Made by a program: the position numbers and the translations under genes. The notes under the pieces were generated by a model. The model saw only the letters and a program-made list of their open reading frames with translations. It did not search any database and was not told the origin of the DNA. From Rhynchobatus australiae (Eukaryota), in assembly GCA_034780895.1 (NCBI GenBank), contig JAUZTB010000127.1:27653021-27717020 (forward strand): 64,000 bases of DNA. Direction: 5' to 3'. Shown piece after piece: positions 26,291-37,655 of this stretch. Numbering within the stretch: position 1 is the first letter of the stretch; every line of letters begins with the position of its first letter.

Positions 26291-26859
26291 ATGGCTAGGG
26301 GGAAGACGTCTGGGGAGAACAAAAACTTTGAAAGTGGGAACGAAGATCTACTTTTCAGGGAGAAGACCAGAAGTCTTATCCTACCCTGACCCATCCTCTG
26401 AACTCTGCCCCTCTCTAAGTCTCTTCTTGAGGTAGTGCTGGCATGATATTGGTCATTCTAGGTCTACAGGTCTACATTTCTGCAGACTAACTTATTCCAC
26501 TCTGAACTTGCAGCAATCCAAACTCATATGTCCATTTCCAACATTAGCATTAAACCTGCTGGCTAAGTTTCACGTTAGCAAACTGACCTCCATACAGAAC
26601 AGGCTGGATTCCAGATTCTCTGAATGTCTCCCTCACTTTCCCCCAGATGATAACTCCACCACTGAACATCAAGCGTTATTTCCAACAGTCTCAATAATAC
26701 TGTCTCCTCTGGAGACCTTACGTGGCCACTCATTAACCACTAAACTTGCTCAGATCTCATTCCAAGAGTCACAGGAAGGACTACCCTTTTGTTTCAATGT
26801 TGTTTCCCAACAGAAATGAACTTTTATTTCAAATCCTTCTCTCTCTGTACCTAGGCTTT

Positions 26860-27850
26860 TTGACATACATCTGTGATACATCCAACACTTTCCTTCACTT
26901 TAATTGATTCTTGTTTTCCAGCACCAATTACCTCATTTTCAATATGGATGATCACTCCTTTCTTCTACTAGAACAGGACAGTGTCTTCCTTGAATGACTT
27001 ACATGCAGCCAGCACCAACATAATGCCACCACCATCATATCTTTCCCTCATCTCTGCATTCAGATTTCAGGGACTATTCCTTGCCTGATAAGTGGATCCA
27101 GTATTCAATCACTTCAACACTCCTCCCCTTTCTTACGCCACCATCACACCACTTCCAGCATAGGAGAAACGTTACCTATCTTCACTTTCTCCCTTCCATG
27201 TGAAGCAGAAATTTATTTACACCTCTTTCACTTTAGTAGAATGCATTCATTCTTCACAATGAAGTCACATCTACACTGTGGAGACTAAATGCAGTGTGAG
27301 TGACCACTTTTCACGATACTTCTGTTCAGTCCATAAGACGTAACCTTGAAATTCTAGCCTGTTGCCATTTTAAGCAAGTACAGGAAATTAGACTGGCTCT
27401 CTGTGCTTACTCTGTTACATCCAATGAAGTTCAATGGTAAGCTGAAGCAGAGCATGTCACTTTTTGACTGGGCACCTACTTACTCCTGGGCTCACCAATT
27501 TCAGTTCTTATTTTCTGCTCCATTTTTGAAACAGCAGTTATCAGTAGTGGCTGTGCTGTTGTTGGCTGAACCTCCACTATTCCCACTTTTTCTTTGCTTG
27601 TCCCATGACCATTCTCTTTTGTTTTGTACAATTACATCATTTAATCTCTCCTCCATTCCATCTTTCCATGTATCATTCTTCCTTCTCTTCCCCACTTGCT
27701 ATTCCTCTGTATCTGCTTCAAGCTTGTTGCATCTTTTGAGAGCTCTGATGCAAGATTTTTGTCCTGACATGTTAACTCTGTTTCTCTCTCCTTAGATGCT
27801 GCAAGACCTGCTGAGTATTTCCAGTGTTACAGTTTTATTTAAATTTTATG
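26860..27850 (+). mobile_element. Highly decayed Penelope-like retroelement (RT end, GIY-YIG, terminal repeat)
   Basis: Collinear with 59255-60550 (gtgaagcagaaattta..cacctctt, tctacactgtggagactaaatgcag..gtgaccacttt). Ends in a decayed ctctgatg...gttaactctg...agatgctgcaagacctgctgag repeat. Confidence 0.65.
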
Positions 27851-28040
27851 GCCTCTGTTTTCAGTATGCCCATAGTGGAAAATCTTTCTCTATATTCTCT
27901 AGTGTTGCCACTAGGCAGATTACTCCTGGCTAAATAAGTGATAGCCCAAAGTGACTCTTTCAGAGAATTGGTGCAAATAGTATTTTTAAATGGTATGTTT
28001 TTTTTTCGTGGATTGGATGGTCAGAAACAGGGTGAGTTTA

Positions 28041-28856
28041 ATAGCTCAGTACCAAATTAGTGAGCCAATAGATTGTCAGACATTGTTGATGAAGACCTAT
28101 TTTGACAGTCACTTTTCAGGTATTGTAGAACAGGTACATCTGCCTCACATGTAATTATATTGAAACCTGATTGGCTCAACTTGCATTGTCTTAAAACTGT
28201 GACAGACCACAAATAGTTACCAGGCAATCTCTCACTGAAATATGGGAATAACATGAAGAGTAGTTGGTAGAATTCCAATGAAAAGTGACAAGAAACACCC
28301 ATAAATAAAACTTATTACTTAAGCTGTTGAAAATATTCTCTGTACCATCCCCTCCAGTTTTGTATCCTTTACCTTACTAATCATAACAGCCCAACAGGTC
28401 TATTTTCTGCTGAAAGTAATTTGGGGCTCAAAGTTCCAATGGGATCCTTAAACACCTGTTGGAACTGAACCCACCAAAGATTTCCCTTGCTGAATATTCA
28501 CGTGAGATGCTGGGACTGCCATTGGTCCCAAGCCTCTGTTGCTGCTCCAGAAGCAGCTCCAGTTCAATTTTCAGCAATCATCAGAAGATTTACATTGTTT
28601 GGCAGGGTATTGCCAACCACCTGGCCATAAGTCCTAACAGACTCTGCTCTTGCTTTCAAAGTACTTTGCTTCCTTTTCACCTTCGTCACCCAGCCTTGAG
28701 TCTCGTGCTAATCTAACTTTTCTACAGTGCAAGAAGCCAATAGCTGCATGCAAGACCTCATTAGGTGAGCGGGGTCACCTAGATTCCAATTTATAGCTCA
28801 GTACTAAATTAGTGAGCCAGTAGATTGTCAGACATTGTTGATAAAGACCTATTTTG
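28041..28856 (+). repeat. 64-bp direct repeat, copies at 28041-28104 and 28793-28856
   Basis: 61 of 64 bases identical, offset 752 bp. Confidence 0.92.
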
Positions 28857-30332
28857 TTTGGCAAGCAATATTATTTCCAATGGCACTAATTAATGCAGAT
28901 AATGAGCTTCTGCTAGCCAAAATGTGCTCCATTCCAGCATATTATCTGATCATTCACTTGACTAGCAGACTCTGTTGAATAATTGGCTGTAAGCTTGGTC
29001 CAGGGTGGAACATCAGAGATTATCTTGATTGCAGGTCTTCACAATGAAGTTTACAGTCTTCTATTGGCTCTTTGCTGCACAGTGTTCTTAGATAGTTTTC
29101 CTCACTGACCTATTTGCAAAATCCCCTAATTCTCTTTAGAGTTGGGTAACTACTTAAGCATTACCACATATTCCACCACCTCCTTTTTCTCCATCCAATA
29201 CTGATGTTCTTCCTTTCCATTTAAAACAGCAGAGAAGAGAATTAGAACACATAATGTCTTATTTTGTTAGGGTGGAAACATTTTAAGCAATTAATTTTTG
29301 GTAGATGATCTTGCTGGTGAGGCACACAAGTACTGTGAGTTGACAATAATGTGACTGGCAAAAATTGGAAGTGCTGTAGTTTTCAGTGAAAGAAAGGGTT
29401 TGCATTTATGTAGCAGCTTTCCATAAGCATGTTACTAAATTCTTCATAAATGACTCAGGGTTCAGGCTTATTTGGAAACCGTGGTAATCATAAGATCTCT
29501 GATTAACTGAGGTAATGAATCTTCAATGCCAATTACAATTAACCACAGTACCCCACAGCTAACAAAATAAATAGGATTCTAAAACAGGGCCCGCAACATA
29601 AAACATTAAATCTGTTTCTCTTTCCACAGATGTAGCCTGACCTGCAAAATATTTCCAGCATTTTCTATTTTTTATTTCAGATTTCCTGCATCTGCAGCTT
29701 TTTTGATTTTTCAGTCAAATAGTGTTTCTTCATATTGGCTAAAATCTAGATGCTTGCTGGAAAGTGTGAACACATGAAATTTAAGGAAGTAGAGGCTTCT
29801 ATTTATAGAATGTTCAGAATCTCGGGACATCTTGAAGTTTTATTTTCTTAAACCAATGAAGTTCATTTGAAATGCAGGCACTGTTCTAATATCAGCAAAT
29901 AAGAAAGCCAATTTAAACACAGCAGGCAGTAATGAGACATCTGTTTTAGGGTATAAACGTGGCCAGTGTAGTTCCTCCATGGATAGTGCCACAGGACTGT
30001 TTACATCCATTTCAGTGGGTAGACAGAGCCTTCATCCAGAACATGGAGGTACTAACAGTGCAGACCTCCCTCAACACTGTCCTGCCGTGTCGGTCCAGAT
30101 TACATTGTGGACTGAAGAGTGAGCCCATTGGTTTTACTTCAGAGCCAAAAGGAAAGTCCTGAACTAAGCCACAAATGGCAGAAATTACAAATGCAAATCT
30201 ATCATCAAGCAAGTGCCAAAAACGTTGAGCCAATTCAGAACTGATGAAAGTAAATATGATCAGGCCTCCTCCACTTTTATCCCTATAATCTTGTTGGAAG
30301 TTTGATTGTATACATGGAAAGAAACTGCTTTG

Positions 30333-30603
30333 AACATAGAACATAAAACATCACAGCACAGTGCAGGCCCTTCGGCCCACAATGTTATGCTAACATTTTA
30401 TCCTGCTCTAATATCTATCTAACCCTTCCCTCCCACGTAGCCCCCCACTTCTCTATCATTCATGTATCTATCTAAGAGTCTCTTAAATGTCCCCAAAGTA
30501 TCTGCCCCCACAACCCCTACCAGCAGTGCGTTTCATGCACCCACCACTCTCTGCATAGAAAAAAAATTACCTCTGACATCCCCCTTATATCTTCCTCCAA
30601 TCA
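30333..30603 (-). mobile_element. Young CR1/HER1 LINE 3' fragment
   Basis: aacatagaacata tail, caggcccttcggcccacaatgtt and gcacccaccactctctg...aaaaattacctctgacatc. Confidence 0.8.
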
Positions 30604-31944
30604 ATAGGAAAGACCAGAGCAGGGGTGATAAAAAGAATACACAAAGAGAAAACATTTTCTTTAGTAGAGGAGTCCAGAATAAGTTGTGACAGCCATAAAA
30701 AAAGAGTCAGGGTGAAACCAAGACATAAAGCATTGTGGAAACATGGAGACAAGGGGATCAATTAACAACATCAAAACTGATTTGAAAATATTTTTGTTCC
30801 GTAAGGGATTAATCTGATTGCCTCACCTGGAGGCCATCAGTCAAGTGTTAAGGTTCTAAGATCTGGAATTTCTCCCTTAAACCTCTCTAAGTTGGTTCTA
30901 ACAACCATCCTCTTTGACCAAGTTTATGGTTATCTGTCTAAAATCTTGTAGAGTGGGTTAGCACCAGATTTCCAATTTTAATTTGATAATATATGTTTAA
31001 GGTACTGTATAAAATGAAGCTACAGATGTTTCTCAGTAATAAATAATTCAGCACTAAAACAGGTAAGCTACAGACCAGCTATTATCAAATTGAATGGTGA
31101 AATAGGCAAGCAGAGCTGAATGGCCTTCTTCTGTTAGTAGGTTCCTACGTGTGTTCATAATACACCTCTGAAGAAGCTTCACCAAATTCTGAGGGGAGAA
31201 GTCTTGAAGAAATAATCTTTGATTGTGTGTTTCATTAATATAGCAACAAGCACCACACTTAGAGATTGCATACAAACTCGCCTCCAGTCTTGCTTTACTG
31301 CTCTATGGTGATTGATCAATATCAATACAGAACTCATTCTTTCTACCACTAGAAATGCATGTCCCCCAGCTACTGGCATTTTGGAGCATCCTATCTAACC
31401 TAGTCAAAACAAATCCTTTTCCTTAAATATTTACCCAGGCTCTTGTGTTCATAGTGTTGAGGATGGATAGAATGTAAGAATGTGGCAATGTGCCAAAAGG
31501 TCAAAGCCACCCATGCTTTGCAGATTCAGTCCGGCTGGATTTCAGTCTGGATTTCATATATAATGGCCATTTCTCTGTTCTGTTGGTAATCTGAACTGAC
31601 ATAAAAACCCTTAGAGCTGAGCCAAATTCTTCCTCGTATAATTGTCTGACAGAAAGCTTGGTCATGCAAAACAAGTTTTTAACTTGCACATGAGCACATT
31701 GTTAGAGGGGATGCACTCACACATACAAGGCCAAACACAGACACATATACAAACATTTAATTACACACACATGGTCTTGCATGTACACAGGCACATAAAC
31801 TTGCACATTTATCAAACTTGATTGTAGAAGCTTCATTTTCTGTATTATCACAGTCACTACACTTTAAGTGCAGTTCATTCCCTGTAGAACCAAGACTACT
31901 TGTGGAAGGGGAAGGAGTTACAGAAATGCAAATCTTTTTCTTTT

Positions 31945-31978
<34 letters not shown>

Positions 31979-31988
31979 GCACACACAC
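31945..31988. repeat. (TC)n(CA)n microsatellite
   Basis: Directly visible. Confidence 0.95.
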
Positions 31989-33239
31989 TTGCATTTGCAC
32001 ATAAGCATTTGTACACATGTGTTTACATGTATGTATAAGTAAATATGCACAGGCTCTTACGCATGTACAAATAAAAGCAGTAAACCATGGAGCAAACCTC
32101 ACTGGATCCTCTGCTTTTCTGATGTGCCCCAACTGCTGCAAGGGGCTCTCAGGGTGTTAGTGGGCTTGCTCTTTTGGACGAATTTACCTCTTAAGTTCCG
32201 TTCTGGGTTTAAACTCCCCTTTAGGATGAGACAGACTGATTTCACGGAAGGTCAGGGCTGCTGACTCATTATTGCAAACACTAATACAGAGCACATCAGT
32301 CAGGCTAACTAACATTTAGGTGTGATACTAACTGAATACTGTATTAGCAAACTTGTCCTTTATATACCAGAAAAGTCCTTTGGCACTGTTTTAAAATGAT
32401 TGGTGAGTCCTCCCAATGTCCTAGCCAGCATTCCTCAAACAACCCCAGCAAAACAAATTAGGAGGTTATTCATTGTATCGCAGTTTGTGGGAGCAAGTTG
32501 TGGCTGTCTCTGTTTATGTACAGGACAGTTGCTGAGCTCTAAGAAATATTTCATTGTACAGTTTGAGATGAGATAGGGTCCTGTACAACAACAAGTCTTT
32601 CTTCCTGTACGTTAACTTTTCTGAAGAACATTTGCATAAGAAAGCATAAAACTACCAGTGCAATAATTGGTTTACCCTCTTGGCATTCCCAATAAGCTGT
32701 TCTGAAGTGGGGTTTGCATGGAGTCAACATTAAGGGATAATTTACTGTGTGAAGTAGGAGATAAATTTACTGCACAGACTCTGCAACAGTAGCTCCAAAA
32801 ATTAAAATAAAATCCCTTCCCACCAGGTTGCCCTACTGCAGAGATACAAAAAGGCTCCAGTCCATTACCTGCATTACTTGCAGATGAATGGAATTGGGCT
32901 GCACTGGGACAGGTCTCTGGAGACTAACTTTAAAGCAGGAGCCTCATTCATCACCAAGCTTGTCAATTCCTCGTGCTCTGACTGTTCCTAATGGATTAGG
33001 AGTCTGTGGTGATAAATATCCCCCTGGGACTGTTCTGTCAAGGTAAGCAAGTCCCTGGTTGCAGGGCCATTAACTTTCATACATTACCATGGGATTTGAT
33101 GAAAAAGCTAATGCTGTAAATAGAACCAACTCACTTTACATTGTACACGGAGTCAATTTGCCTAATTATATATTTTATCTAATTTTTCTTCAATCCCTCG
33201 CCCTGCACTAAATGTCTTACCGAGGCAATCACGCTGTGG

Positions 33240-34170
33240 TGTGGGTAATAAATACCAGACATCTTCTAACAAGTCATGTTCTTATCCATTATAGATAGGG
33301 AATTCAACTGGCTATCCAACCAGGGCAGGCATCACAGTTTCTTCCTCCTTTCCGTCTTCTCAGTAAAACCTATACTTGATGGCAGGGATTTCTGGATGCA
33401 AATCAGGATTGGAGGATTGACCATTCTTCTATTCCCTGGAACCTCAAAGCCTTCAGTTGTATCCTGAAATATGAGTTTCATCAGCACAGCTCAATGCCAC
33501 ACACCTGAAATGCCATTGCCAGAAATAACAAAGTATGCAGGTAGTTAACCAGACATTTTCCCAACTTAAAGTGGACTCCCCTCCTTTTGTGTTCACTCTC
33601 CCTAATATGCACCAACATAGACATCAGGAGTCTTGTGTCAGCTATATCCTGCCCTACTTAGCCAACTGTAGCCACATTGCTGGCCTGAGAGTGTACAAGT
33701 GTACACTGACATTGGTTCATTATCCTTCCAATGGATTTGGAGGATTTGCAGAGGTAATTTTAGTGCTATTTTTCCAGTGCCTTGAGATACCTGACGTTCA
33801 TCCAGGTCTCAGAAGCATATAGGGTGGCAGGAAATACTGTACACAGTAGAAAATGTGCCAGGTCAGGGGTCCTCATCTTCAAATACCCTTTCGTTGAATC
33901 AACCATAGGCTCTGCTGTCACATTGAAGGCAGTGGTGAATTTCATCCTCGATGTTGTTCTTTGCTGTGGGGTGGCTTCCTAGATATGGGAAATGTTTCCC
34001 ATCTTCCGGGTTGTTGATATGAGCCTCCATTGCTGGAGGGTAGTGTGTTGACACATGGGCAAGTTGGTAGATAGCCCACTTTGTTTTGCAGATGCTGAGT
34101 TTAAGGCATGCTTCAGTGAAATTGTCGATGATGGCTTAGAGCTCAACTTCTGGGTATGTGCTTTGGGTAA
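33240..34170 (-). mobile_element. Decayed RTE-clade LINE
   Basis: Minus-strand remnants HFPYLGSH, NIEDEIHHCLQC, RVFED, PATLYASETW, RYLKALEK and ILQIHWKD. Homologous to 14420-15065. Confidence 0.82.
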
Positions 34171-34228
34171 CCCTGATTCTGGAGTCTTGTCTTAAAAGTA
34201 ATGGGAAATTGTGCATGTGTGTATGACT

Positions 34229-34253
34229 CACACACACACACACACACACACAC
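34229..34253. repeat. (CA)n microsatellite
   Basis: Directly visible. Confidence 0.95.
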
Positions 34254-34269
34254 TTCTATCAGTACAAAG

Positions 34270-34650
34270 AGAGTGTGTACTGTGGTAATATTTAATATTT
34301 AAGCTCCTGGCTTTGACTTCAGAGGCCCAGATTATTAATGTGAAGATATGGCATTAAATCTTACTATAGCAGCTCTGAAATTTAGGTTTGAATTATTAAA
34401 TTTGACTTATTAAATGAATCTGCAATTAAAAAAAAGTTTATCACCATTAACAGTGTTTATGAAGCCACAGAAATTATAAAAACCATGTTTCGCTAAAATT
34501 CTTCAATGAAAGAAACTTGTTACACTTACATAATTCCATAGCAATATCATTGACTCTTAACTGCCCCCAGCAAGACACTCCATTTGAGAGCCAGACAATA
34601 GTTGCTGGCTCATTCAGTGACGCCTACATCTGTGAATGAATAAATAAAAT
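34270..34650 (+). mobile_element. Decayed tRNA-derived elasmobranch SINE
   Basis: gtggtaat...cagaggcccag...ttgactcttaactgccc...gcaagacactc...aatgaataaataaaa. Similar in reverse to 2270-2490 and 9800-10030. Confidence 0.55.
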
Positions 34651-35786
34651 GAACTGAGGTTGCTTCCTGATTTGGCAATTCCTCAGTTTTAACCTTCTAA
34701 TCTTTCTTTTAAAATCCCTCCATAGTCTTGCCTCACCTAATCTCCTGTTGCCCATGATCTTTGGAGGTCTTTGTATTCCTCCAGTTCAGGCGTCTTGTGC
34801 ATCCCCTCCATTATCAAAGGCTGTGTCTTCAGTTACCTGGGGTCTAATGTTCCTTCCATAAACCTTTCACATTTGGTGTCATATTTTAATAATGACTTTG
34901 AGAAGGTGCTTAGAGTATCATACTACATGCCACCCCAGGGTTAATAACTCCTGACTTGTGGACATCCCTCCATAAGAATGGGCTCCCATAATATTACTAA
35001 GTTCACGAGTCTGACATATGCACAAACATTTGCTCCTACGAACTGTAGAACTAGTTTCCTTTCTCTCCCCACTTTAAGTCATTGTTCTTTCTTATCAGCT
35101 TTATGTGCTTTTGATGACATTCATTACAATACTGTGGAGGTATGGTTAAAATGGTTAAAATATCCAGTGATTTTTGTGTGTTTTCTGACTTATGGACAAA
35201 ATCAACATATTGATATGGACATGAAAGCTGTGATATACGTGGATATTGTAATTGATCAGTAGGAACAACCTGCTGCTGCCAACATATTTTATGGTTCTGT
35301 GCAAAAAAATAAGTAGATTATTTAATTGGGCTGCTTCATAGAAGACCAATAACTTAAATTTAGTCACTTCCTCCTCTTTTGCTTAATATACATCTAAAAT
35401 TAGATTACTTCATCTGGAATAGTTACAATACACTTTCATACCTTGTCAAATATTAAATGCAATTAAAAGAAAGTTGTCACTGATTTAATGTAAAATGGGA
35501 AATAAGGGGACAGAAAAGGAATTAAGCAACTACTTTTTGTTCACAGAAGATGCAACAAATCTGCCAAAAATACCAGAGGACTAAGTATCTTGCAAGAATG
35601 GAGAATTGAAGGAAGTAAGTTTGAGTGAAAAAGTAATGTTAGAGAATTTGATCAAGAGCCAATAAATTCCAACGACCTGATGANNNNNNNNNNNNNNNNN
35701 NNNNNNNNNNNNNNNNNNNNNNNNNNNNNNNNNNNNNNNNNNNNNNNNNNNNNNNNNNNNNNNNNNNNNNNNNNNNNNNNNNNACC

Positions 35787-36275
35787 TGTGATAGCGAGTG
35801 TGGGGAAATCGCAACGAGGGTAAAATACACACACACAGCAAACTGGGTACAAGCAATCAAGGAAAAGCAATACACCCTCCACCACCCCTTGACTCAGTAC
35901 AGGCACAGCTCTATGCTCCCAGGGATATTAACTAATTTCTCTAGCGTCATTGCACGGTTACTCAGCCTGGAATGAAGCAGATGCTCCTAACTTCTATTAA
36001 ACAGTGCACAGCTTACCAACAAGGCATCCCGCAGAGACAAAAGAGGCAGAACCAAGCATGTGGCGCTCTTTATACTGCTGGAGGGCTGGGAGGTCCAGCC
36101 CAGGTAGTTCAAACAGGCCAATGGCCCGAGGCCAGGTACAAAGGTGCTTAAAGGGACCAAAAGTCAAGTGTGCCCTGATGGGTGGGGTGGAACCAGACCT
36201 TGAATGACAGTGGTGTGTTTTCTGACCAGGTAGGGGCAGTGTTGTCACGTGACAGCCACGACCCTCCACAATACA
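35787..36275 (-). mobile_element. Possible solo LTR
   Basis: GC- and CpG-richer block bounded by TG...CA. Contains a minus-strand TATAAA (36069-36074), CCAAT (36118-36122), a GT/GC box and a GTCACGTGAC palindrome. No target-site duplication could be verified because the left flank is a gap. Confidence 0.4.
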
Positions 36276-36419
36276 CCAGCGATGACTTGTGCAATGAAAG
36301 TGTAAAAAAAAAGTACTGTTAATATTTGTTATATATAGCTTTGAAACCCAAAGTCTGAACCTAGCAGGTGGACTTCAATGAAAAGGACAGCAGACAAACA
36401 AATAACGGGCAAGTAAAAC

Positions 36420-36730
36420 ATTGGTCTTTTACCAAACTTTTATAAAAGAGTGGTTAGGCCTCCACTGGAGTATTGTGTCCAATTCTTTCCTTAAAAAATC
36501 AGGAAGAATTGGAGCATGTGCAGAGGGAGTTTACTGCTTAGCATCAGGGTTGAGGAACTTCAGTTTTCTTAGGGGGATTAGAGAAGCTGAGATTGTTCAT
36601 TGGTGACGTAAAAGAGGAATCCGATATTGGGAAGGGTTTTAACAGAGGATTTGAAATTGTTTCCACAGATAGAAGAATCAGTAACCGTAGGACACTGATT
36701 TAAGACAATCAGCAAGAGAACGAATAATTT
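36420..36730 (+). mobile_element. Old CR1 LINE fragment
   Basis: tggttaggcctccactggagtattgtgtccaattct encodes an LVRP.LEYCVQF-like segment. Confidence 0.65.
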
Positions 36731-36877
36731 AAGGAGAATGAATTACATATTCCAGTGCACCCACTGGTGAATATGTGTTGCCTATTCCTCCTTTTCTGAG
36801 GTTAGGGTTTTAGCTTAACTCCAAGTGGGCTTGTGCACAGAATAGGGGAGTGGGATGGCTTGCAGCCCAACACATGT

Positions 36878-37655
36878 GTAGAACAGTGGAGCACAGTTAC
36901 AGGCCCTTCGGCCCACCATATCTGCACCAGCCATGATGCCAATCTAAATTAATCCCTTCTGTCTGTACATAGTCTTTATGCCTCTATTCTCTGCCTCTTC
37001 ATGTGCCCTTAATGTTCCTATTGTATCTGCTTCCACCATCTCCCCTGGCAGCATGTTCCGGGACCTACCACTCTGTGTAAAGAAAATGTGCCCCTCAAAT
37101 CTCCCTTAAGTTTCCCCCACTCACTTTAAACCTATGCCCTCTGGTATTTTCACATTTCCACCCTGGGAAAAAGTCTCCGATTATCTACCCTATCTATATC
37201 TCTCTTAATTTTATATCATTCTATCAGGTTGACTGTCAGCCTCCGACGTCCCAGAGAAAACAATCCAAGTTTGTCCAACGTCTCCTTATAGCTGTTACAC
37301 TTCAATCCAGGCAATGGCCTGGTGAAACTCTTCTGCACCCTCTCCAAAGCCTCCACATTCTTCCTATAGTGTGGTGACCAGAACTCACACAATACTCCAA
37401 ATATGGCCTAACCAAAGTTTAATATAGCAGTAGCATGACTTCCCAACTTTTATACTCAGTGTCGCAACTGATGAAGGCAAACGTGTTGTATGCCTTCTTT
37501 CCCACTCTCTCTACTTGTGTTGCCACTTTCAGAGAAACATGACCCCAAAATCCCTCCGTACCTCAATGCTGCTAAGGGTTCTCCCCTTTACTGTATACTT
37601 TCCTCTTACATTTGACCTCCCAATACATCAGCTTACACTTGTCCAGATTAATCTC
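36878..37655 (-). mobile_element. CR1/HER1 LINE 3' 0.8 kb
   Basis: Minus strand encodes KTLVRPYLEYC..SGHHTI/EALERVQKSFTR-like ORF2 C-terminus. Tail caggcccttcggcccacc. Near-collinear with 49620-50665. Confidence 0.9.

Noticed and set aside
33221-33464. Minus-strand segment with acceptor and donor
   Set aside because: All frames stop internally, and it lies in the 3' end of the RTE remnant.
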